DNA from: a virus
Taxonomy: Duplodnaviria > Caudoviricetes
Virus record (IMG/VR): IMGVR_UViG_3300020044_004165
Location: 1-27,994 of that record
Direction: 5' to 3' (one strand)
DNA length: 27,994 bases
Shown in pieces: positions 22,293 through 27,994 of this stretch; the stretch's first letter is position 1, and the number at the start of each line of letters is the position of its first letter. The notes below the pieces were generated by a model. It was not told the origin of the DNA and ran no database searches. It was given only the letters and a program-made list of their open reading frames with translations. The translations under genes and the position numbers were made by a program.

Positions 22293-22762
22293 GTTTTCTC
22301 CAATATAGGTGTCATCTTCCTTAGCCGGTACTCCTCATGTACGAGGGCAACGGCAGTGTTCATGTCTTTCAAAGTCACCACTTCCAGCTGTGCGTCATGC
22401 AGTTCCATGAACTCGTTGAGCGTAGCCATTTCAGGGGCCTTCAGAATAAATCGCCCAACCCCAGCACCACGAGCGCCCACAGCGCGTAGGGCCAGCAGTC
22501 CCTCTTTGACTATGCTGCTGTAGCCACTACCGAAACCCATCCGTGCAAAGGCTTCGGTCATGTTGCCCATGTTGATGAGTGTGTCGATGTCAGCGCGTGT
22601 CGCCACGCCCTTAGTCAGTGAGTCCATCGCCGCATGGTTCTTGATCTTGAGGTCAACCATAAACGCTACGTTAGAACTCACTGGGGACAAGTTTTCCACT
22701 ACAAACCCGACTGGGTTGACCAGCACGGGCTTGGGCTTGTATTTACTGCGTTTGCGCGACAT
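22289..22762 (-). CDS. Hypothetical phage protein
   Basis: Start reassigned to ATG 22762 ([13 protein letters not shown]). Helical, 157 aa. Confidence 0.75.
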   Translation of the reverse strand: MSRKRSKYKPKPVLVNPVGFVVENLSPVSSNVAFMVDLKIKNHAAMDSLTKGVATRADIDTLINMGNMTEAFARMGFGSGYSSIVKEGLLALRAVGARGAGVGRFILKAPEMATLNEFMELHDAQLEVVTLKDMNTAVALVHEEYRLRKMTPILEKT

Positions 22763-22925
22763 CTTGTTTTTCCACCGGGGTCCAACCAAACCTTTTCCAC
22801 GTACGCTGCACATCAGTATCGGATGCGTTGTTGTACTTGAAGTTCTTATCGAGGATACTAGGTCGAACTTCAGTCTGGGGTCGGTGGTGTTGGTCTACCA
22901 CTTTGAGTTTGGGTTGCTTTTTCAT
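22743..22925 (-). CDS. Hypothetical protein
   Basis: [33 protein letters not shown]. Confidence 0.75.
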   Translation of the reverse strand: MKKQPKLKVVDQHHRPQTEVRPSILDKNFKYNNASDTDVQRTWKRFGWTPVEKQDVAQTQ

Positions 22926-23815
22926 TTCGTTTCTCCTTCGGTAACATTTGTTAGGTCTGGTTCAATGATCACAAACGTGTTTGTTCCGGCTTTCATACCC
23001 AAGTCAGATACAAACTGCATTGGCTCGATAAGTTTAAGCATACCGATCCGACTACGTATCCACTCGGGGAGCGTATTGTCATCGCAAATTTCAACTTTGT
23101 CTTTGTGTTCCACTACGTACGTACCCCCACGCCGAGTAACAACAGCGCCGTTGACTTGTTGTTGTATAACCGCCCGGACCTTGGAGATAGTCTTCATATC
23201 CTCCGTGGCCCTTGTAGCCGCTTCGCGCTTAGTCACAAGCAGGTCGTGCTCTTGCGCGGGGTAGTGATCTTTTGCATACGCCATGAATGTATCGAACCCG
23301 ACACCCATGACATACTTTCTGGCTGCGCGTTGCACAATCTCGTCGGCATCATTTATCTCTCGTTGCTTGTTCCACTCCGCGTTTTGCGCAATTTTTGCTG
23401 CCTCCTCACGCGACACCCCTGCTAGTTCTTGGGCATCTTTTGGGCCGAACATCTTCTTAGTCTTGGCAATCGCTTTGGTTGCATCCTTGGTCTTGTAGTA
23501 GTTCGTACGCTCCATCTTAGCTTTGATGCGTTCGTTGGTCACACAGATTTGGTAGTCACGCGCTTCATACCTGCGCTCGATCGTGCCCAATTGTTCGCCG
23601 TCACATAGCACTGTGAAATTGGTGAGCCACACGCGATCGTTGTTCATACTCAAGTGTCCGTTACCCCTGAACGTCCACAGCGGGTACAGCACTGCCAGCT
23701 TTGCAATCACTGGCTCCAGCAGGGGGTGCGCGTCTACAGCGCACTTAGGCATCTTTCTTTGATACTCTGAAACTTCTTCGGTCACCACCACGTTGTTGAA
23801 CTCGGTTGCTTTCAT
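22922..23815 (-). CDS. Hypothetical protein
   Basis: 297-aa ORF with a GAGGAGGA RBS, collinear with the operon. Confidence 0.85.
   Translation of the reverse strand: MKATEFNNVVVTEEVSEYQRKMPKCAVDAHPLLEPVIAKLAVLYPLWTFRGNGHLSMNNDRVWLTNFTVLCDGEQLGTIERRYEARDYQICVTNERIKAKMERTNYYKTKDATKAIAKTKKMFGPKDAQELAGVSREEAAKIAQNAEWNKQREINDADEIVQRAARKYVMGVGFDTFMAYAKDHYPAQEHDLLVTKREAATRATEDMKTISKVRAVIQQQVNGAVVTRRGGTYVVEHKDKVEICDDNTLPEWIRSRIGMLKLIEPMQFVSDLGMKAGTNTFVIIEPDLTNVTEGETK
22942..22953. promoter_or_regulatory. Palindromic site TAACA-N2-TGTTA, copy 2
   Basis: TAACA-TT-TGTTA, just upstream of the RBS of the gene starting at 22925. Confidence 0.6.
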
Positions 23816-23818
23816 TGC

Positions 23819-24367
23819 TTAGTCCTCCTCTTTCACATACCGTTGTTCCACGCCCAGCTCACGCCGAACTTCATCTGCCGCTTGCTCAAACCATGCCTTG
23901 ATGACGGGCTCGGCCATCTTGTGCATGTTGTAGTCGACCGTAGCGTTGTATACGAGGGACTGCACCTCTTTGTGTATCGCTTTCTTGGCGTCATTCATAA
24001 CCTTGGTTTTCAACTCGGTAGTCAGCACCTCGGCCACAGCTTCGTTGACCCACTGCTTGATGGTCTCCTTCGCACCTTGGGCTAGGTAGTTGGTGATCGG
24101 CGACTCACGGCCATTGCAATGGTCAACCTCCCACTTGCCCCACCTGTCCTCCAAGCCTAGTAACTTGAGCGTGACCTGCCGCTTTTGTACGTTTAAGTCG
24201 TGAATGATCTGCCCCGTCACCGACTCCGCATGTGCGTCATTGGCCACCTCAGTGACTGCCTGTACGAACTTACCCTTTAACACTGCGGCCATCTCTGCCG
24301 CTGTCATAGGTGGAATCGGTTCCTTCACTGCCACCTCGGGGGTGACTGCCTTCTTACGTGTTGCCAT
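23819..24367 (-). CDS. Hypothetical protein
   Basis: 182 aa, AAGGAG RBS. Confidence 0.8.
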   Translation of the reverse strand: MATRKKAVTPEVAVKEPIPPMTAAEMAAVLKGKFVQAVTEVANDAHAESVTGQIIHDLNVQKRQVTLKLLGLEDRWGKWEVDHCNGRESPITNYLAQGAKETIKQWVNEAVAEVLTTELKTKVMNDAKKAIHKEVQSLVYNATVDYNMHKMAEPVIKAWFEQAADEVRRELGVEQRYVKEED

Positions 24368-24377
24368 GCCTTACTCC

Positions 24378-25235
24378 TTACCAATTGAACTTGCTCAAGA
24401 TCGCATCGACCTTGGACTTCACTTCGCTACGCGCTGTTGAGTCTTCCTTGATACTCTCAAGGTTGGCACCCAGCATCGTCATCTCCAGTTGCTTACGCGC
24501 CTCCTCCAGCTTGGGGTCCTTGGTCACGTTCAGCTTCGTCAGCAACTCGCATAGCTCCAGCGGGTTGGTGATCAGGGTATCGTGGTATCGCTTCTTGCTG
24601 TCCTCGTCCCCCTCGGCATCGGTCAGCTTCTCAGAGATACCCACTAGCATCGTATGCAGACGCTCCCACGGTGCTCGCATAGCCTCGGCCAACTTCTCAT
24701 CTTGCTGGGACACGAACTCAGCTCGCATCTCCTCCAAGTCATTCGCTGGAATGTCCAGTCGGAAGTCACCAGCCTCGGGCACAGGCTTCACGGTACGGCG
24801 GAACCCGAACTTCAACATAACATCTGTTATGTCTGGGTAGTCCTCAGCTTTGTACAGTCGGCCAAGATTCACCTGCGCCTCTTGCACCAGCCGTGGGTAC
24901 TCACTGAAAAAGTTCTGGCACATCGTCTCGAACGTCTGCTCGTAGGCGTTCATCGTCTGCTTGTATTCCATGAACAACGCAGTCGGTAACATGCGCTCAC
25001 CCTTGTCTGCCCATGGCAGGGTACGTTGGTTGTGGTACAGACGAATCCGCGCCGCCAACTTCTCGATGTCCTTGCGCAAGCCCGTACCTGCGAACAAGTT
25101 CTTCTTGGTCTGTGATGCGTCACGCACTGCTGATGCGTCCGTATTCACTTGGGCCGTGGTCTCACGATCAATCTTCGTGGCGGGCCACACACTGATGTTC
25201 AACTCAACTAATAACGCTGATGCACTGATGCTCAT
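24378..25235 (-). CDS. DUF3150-like phage protein
   Basis: LVELNISVW...K.D...TKKNLF...TLPW..G.R.LP...LG.LY...DYP...PVP..GDFRLD. Position downstream of the AAA/vWA genes fits. Confidence 0.6.
   Translation of the reverse strand: MSISASALLVELNISVWPATKIDRETTAQVNTDASAVRDASQTKKNLFAGTGLRKDIEKLAARIRLYHNQRTLPWADKGERMLPTALFMEYKQTMNAYEQTFETMCQNFFSEYPRLVQEAQVNLGRLYKAEDYPDITDVMLKFGFRRTVKPVPEAGDFRLDIPANDLEEMRAEFVSQQDEKLAEAMRAPWERLHTMLVGISEKLTDAEGDEDSKKRYHDTLITNPLELCELLTKLNVTKDPKLEEARKQLEMTMLGANLESIKEDSTARSEVKSKVDAILSKFNW
24815..24832. promoter_or_regulatory. Palindromic site TAACA-N2-TGTTA, copy 3 (intragenic)
   Basis: ACATAACA-TC-TGTTATGT, 8-bp perfect arms. Confidence 0.55.
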
Positions 25236-25236
25236 T

Positions 25237-25431
25237 TCATTGCTCCTTCAAAAGTTTAATAAATCCAAGCGCCGTCTTGCGGTCGTCTAACCATGGGGTA
25301 ATAATTTCCAGTTCGTGCTCGTCCACGTCATCACGTACCCCAGCCCACTTACCGGCAACGCACGTAACTCCGATCCGTTGCCATGAGTTCGGGTCGTACA
25401 ACCACTCGACTTCGGGCTTCGCTATTGCCAT
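25237..25431 (-). CDS. Small protein, paralogue-family member
   Basis: Start ATG 25431 just after the vWA stop. Ends LEIITPWLDDRKTALGFIKLLKEQ. Confidence 0.65.
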   Translation of the reverse strand: MAIAKPEVEWLYDPNSWQRIGVTCVAGKWAGVRDDVDEHELEIITPWLDDRKTALGFIKLLKEQ

Positions 25432-25432
25432 G

Positions 25433-26638
25433 TCAGTCTTTGATGTGAATCGTTTTGCCATTCGGTGCCACGTCAGTGTTGCCACCCACGATCACCCACA
25501 GCACTTGGGCTGGCCAGTCATTACCCCAGTCACTACCAACGTACCCGTCAGTGAGCATGATCACGCACTCTGGCTTGATCTTGTTGTCGTTCAGGTACGT
25601 TGATACACAGCTTGGGCTTGTGCCCCCGCCACCTTTCGGTTGGGTAGAGGTAACAATGTTGCCCACGTCATGCTCGGTGTACTCCTCGTGCCCTGCGACA
25701 CGCCCGTCCCAATACAGTAGATCGACCTTCTCGGGCTTGACTTCCTCGGCGATGCCCTTGACCTCGGACAAGAACTCGGCCAGCTCCTTGCCGCCTACCG
25801 ATCCTGACGTATCCACACCAACAACCAAGTGGCCAACTTTCTCGCCAATCATGGACGGCATATACACACCCGTACTCAGGAACCTACGGTTGACCCTGCG
25901 CCAGCTCGATGTGTCCTTGGCACTGCACGTAGCCTTGACAAACTCACGCAGCACTTCGCGCCAGTCAACTTTGGGCTCAAGTAGTTGCTCCAGCTCACGG
26001 TTCGATAGACCAGTTCCCTTACCTGCTACCTTCTCATGCGCCATGAGGCCCTGACGGATCGCTTGGTCAATGTCGCGCTCAAGCTCCTTGGCTTCCTCGG
26101 GGGTCAAGCCATTGGCCTCGGCCCAGTCGTGAATGTCCATGCCGCCTTCACCGTCACCGTCACCGCCGCCGTTCTCCTCTTTCTCCTGCTTGAGAATGTC
26201 GAACACTTGTTTGGTGTTCATGCCACGGAACCGCTCGTCACACAGGCCCATCGGCTTACCCTTCATCGGGCCATCGCGATAGATCGGCATGGCGATCGTT
26301 TTGTTGCCGGGGTCCAAGTCCTTGAGCATCAGGTTGATCACGTAGTCCATCGCGTTGTTGGCGAGTCGTGCGTCAATCTCGTGCAGTCGCTTCCACGTAG
26401 TCAGGTGCCGGTACATCTTGTGCCCTGCCTCGTGAGCTACAACAAAGTTGAGCTCTGGCTCTTTGAGTGACTGTATGAACTTGCGTCCATACCGCTCGTC
26501 ACGGCCATTGGTGCAAGCCGTTGGGATGTTGTCATCCACCCGTGTGCTACCCACCATCATCACACCAGACAGCAATGCGAACTTGGGGTCGCGCATCAGG
26601 CTGATCTTGGCTTTTTGCAGTTTGCGTTCTTCTAACAT
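25433..26638 (-). CDS. Metallopeptidase-vWA protein (DUF2201-like, MoxR partner)
   Basis: TACTNG, HEAGH (HExxH), N.A.D..IN, MIDAS VDTSGS, GGGGT, LTDGY. Confidence 0.92.
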   Translation of the reverse strand: MLEERKLQKAKISLMRDPKFALLSGVMMVGSTRVDDNIPTACTNGRDERYGRKFIQSLKEPELNFVVAHEAGHKMYRHLTTWKRLHEIDARLANNAMDYVINLMLKDLDPGNKTIAMPIYRDGPMKGKPMGLCDERFRGMNTKQVFDILKQEKEENGGGDGDGEGGMDIHDWAEANGLTPEEAKELERDIDQAIRQGLMAHEKVAGKGTGLSNRELEQLLEPKVDWREVLREFVKATCSAKDTSSWRRVNRRFLSTGVYMPSMIGEKVGHLVVGVDTSGSVGGKELAEFLSEVKGIAEEVKPEKVDLLYWDGRVAGHEEYTEHDVGNIVTSTQPKGGGGTSPSCVSTYLNDNKIKPECVIMLTDGYVGSDWGNDWPAQVLWVIVGGNTDVAPNGKTIHIKD

Positions 26639-26644
26639 TTGTTA
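26633..26644. promoter_or_regulatory. Palindromic site TAACA-N2-TGTTA, copy 4
   Basis: TAACA-TT-TGTTA, covering the upstream stop codon and the vWA start codon. Confidence 0.6.
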
Positions 26645-26848
26645 CCTTTCATTGCCAATAATGACCATCTTCATGGCCACTTCAAACGAATCGAACACAC
26701 CGAGAACTTCGGTTGTGCCTTCCAACGTATCAGGGCTACGCATAACGAACGCCCGTCCCGTTGCCTTCAACTTCTTGGCGCTCAAGTCGTAGTCAGCTGG
26801 TTGATCTGTCGCTACCACTTCTCGCCATACCCACAGCATTTTGTTCAC
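26642..26848 (-). CDS. Small protein, paralogue-family member
   Basis: GAGGAGG RBS with GTG start. Ends TEVLGVFDSFEVAMKMVIIGNER. Confidence 0.7.
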   Translation of the reverse strand: MNKMLWVWREVVATDQPADYDLSAKKLKATGRAFVMRSPDTLEGTTEVLGVFDSFEVAMKMVIIGNER

Positions 26849-27051
26849 GTCATTTCCTCCTCTATTGAGTTCATCAACTTACATACACCAACGGCTTCGC
26901 TCCGTTCATCGAACATAGCCAACACCTTGTGGGCGTCCCACCGGTCGCACACGCTCCATCGAACGATGGTCGAGTACTCGGTGTTTACCGTTACCCACAG
27001 AAAGCAGTACCTATGCAAGTACCCGTGTTTGTCCACGTACTCGTCGCTCAT
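26845..27051 (-). CDS. Small protein, paralogue-family member
   Basis: GGAGG RBS, ATGA overlap. Ends HKVLAMFDERSEAVGVCKLMNSIEEEMT. Confidence 0.7.
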   Translation of the reverse strand: MSDEYVDKHGYLHRYCFLWVTVNTEYSTIVRWSVCDRWDAHKVLAMFDERSEAVGVCKLMNSIEEEMT

Positions 27052-27335
27052 CGCTTTTCCTCCTCCTCTGCCTTTAACAGCATGGATATGAATCCGAGCA
27101 CGGCATAGAAGTCGTGCCCTTCGTACAGCACCTCACGGGGCGCGTCCTCGTTGATGCTTATCCGTTGCCCCCACCTGATCAGCGTGAACTGATACTCTGG
27201 GTACTTCAGCTGAAACATCCGCTGTCCTACCTGCAACTGATACGCCCAGTTGAGTTGCTTGAGCTTGCGCAACTTCCACTCAAGCTCCTCCCATCCAAGC
27301 GGGTAGCGTTCGTTAGGTATCTCTGCGTACAGCAT
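27048..27335 (-). CDS. Small protein, paralogue-family member
   Basis: Start reassigned to ATG 27335 (GAGGAGGAGTGATG junction). Ends REVLYEGHDFYAVLGFISMLLKAEEEEKR. Confidence 0.7.
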   Translation of the reverse strand: MLYAEIPNERYPLGWEELEWKLRKLKQLNWAYQLQVGQRMFQLKYPEYQFTLIRWGQRISINEDAPREVLYEGHDFYAVLGFISMLLKAEEEEKR

Positions 27336-27571
27336 CACTCCTCCTCGTACTTTGCTTGTGATAACAACAGCTTGCACATGGCCTCGGCTTCGGCTTCGTT
27401 GTCGTAGATACCCAACAACTCCTTACGCACAAGGTCCCCCTTACGGATTGCATACCTGCATTGGTCCCGGTATAACAGCCGTTCCCAGATCACCGAGTAG
27501 CCGATCCCAGACAACATCCAGTTGATGTGGTGCCACTTTCGATTGTGTTCGCTTGGTACTGAAATCGCCAT
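27335..27571 (-). CDS. Small protein, paralogue-family member
   Basis: Same GAGGAGGAGTGATG junction. Ends KELLGIYDNEAEAEAMCKLLLSQAKYEEE. Confidence 0.7.
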   Translation of the reverse strand: MAISVPSEHNRKWHHINWMLSGIGYSVIWERLLYRDQCRYAIRKGDLVRKELLGIYDNEAEAEAMCKLLLSQAKYEEE

Positions 27572-27804
27572 CACTCCTCCTCCGGTGGTAGTAGTAACTT
27601 GATCATGTTGTTCAGCTCCTCAGCAGAATCGAACTCATGGACGCGCTCTAACTTTCCAGTGTCGTCTCGGTACAGCACAAACCTCGGCTCCCCATTGTCA
27701 AGCCTGTACCCGCCCACTGCGTAGCCAGCTTTTTGAAGTCTCCGGCTGGCGTTACTGTACGTATCCACCCATCCTTTGTCGTCCATCCAGCTCACGTTTT
27801 TCAC
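27571..27804 (-). CDS. Small protein, paralogue-family member
   Basis: GTGA-coupled to the upstream gene. Ends LERVHEFDSAEELNNMIKLLLPPEEE. Confidence 0.7.
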   Translation of the reverse strand: MKNVSWMDDKGWVDTYSNASRRLQKAGYAVGGYRLDNGEPRFVLYRDDTGKLERVHEFDSAEELNNMIKLLLPPEEE

Positions 27805-27992
27805 AGCAAATCTTGGTTACGGGCAACCCAGTCGGCAAACGCTTTGCATGAGAACGCAATCGCTTGCTTGCTCGGTGTCTTGGCGATGTTGATCGCAAAC
27901 ACGGCTTGCCACTCGGGGCTGAACCGGCTGAGATACTCCATGAACGGCGTGATCGTTGTCTTCTCGATACGGGCAATCGCACCAAAGATCAC
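27801..27992 (-). CDS. C-terminus of a probable MoxR-like AAA+ ATPase (truncated by the window edge)
   Basis: Frame open to the window edge. YLSRFSPEWQAVF...FADWVARNQDLL resembles the C-terminal helices of phage AAA ATPases found upstream of DUF2201-vWA genes. Walker motifs are not in the window. Confidence 0.6.
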   Translation of the reverse strand: MIFGAIARIEKTTITPFMEYLSRFSPEWQAVFAINIAKTPSKQAIAFSCKAFADWVARNQDLL

Positions 27993-27994
27993 GA

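Noticed and set aside
25651-25661. TAACAATGTTG as a fifth palindromic site
   Set aside because: One-nt spacer and an arm mismatch, so it does not fit TAACA-N2-TGTTA.
26845-27582. Shared poly-Glu C-termini as a functional protein motif
   Set aside because: Explained by the overlapping GAGGAGGAG Shine-Dalgarno of the next gene.
1-27994. tRNA, integrase/att site, IS element, DGR or retron reverse transcriptase
   Set aside because: No such motifs or structures recognised by eye. Intergenic space is minimal.

Overview
A 28-kb fragment of a tailed dsDNA phage genome, probably podovirus-like with a proteobacterial host (inference). Two gene blocks converge on a terminator at ~9.5 kb. The + strand (1-9499) holds the end of the virion module: a partial putative ejection protein and a 2859-aa large polyvalent protein with an HExxH metallopeptidase, an embedded GHKL ATPase, a second WLM/YgjP-like HExxH peptidase and a PLxRFG-like C-terminal region. 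The - strand (9585-27994) holds early and replication genes: the C-terminus of a probable MoxR-like AAA ATPase, a metallopeptidase-vWA protein, a DUF3150-like protein, many small coupled ORFs, a BrnA-like protein, DUF3310, VRR-NUC, family A DNA polymerase (Leu762 type), Cas4-like nuclease, HNH-like protein, SNF2 helicase, SSB-like protein, HTH and an AEP primase-DUF927 helicase. Main unusual observations: (1) two small helical genes with strong RBSs apparently overprinted in the +1 frame of the giant gene, each coinciding with a low-complexity linker and together bracketing its enzyme domains; (2) the GHKL-peptidase cassette inside a probable injected virion protein; (3) six diverged small paralogues around the AAA/vWA pair; (4) four copies of the palindrome TAACA-N2-TGTTA and a second shared promoter/operator motif; (5) repeated linker and junction sequences suggesting micro-module shuffling. 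All family assignments come from motif recognition by eye; no database searches were run.
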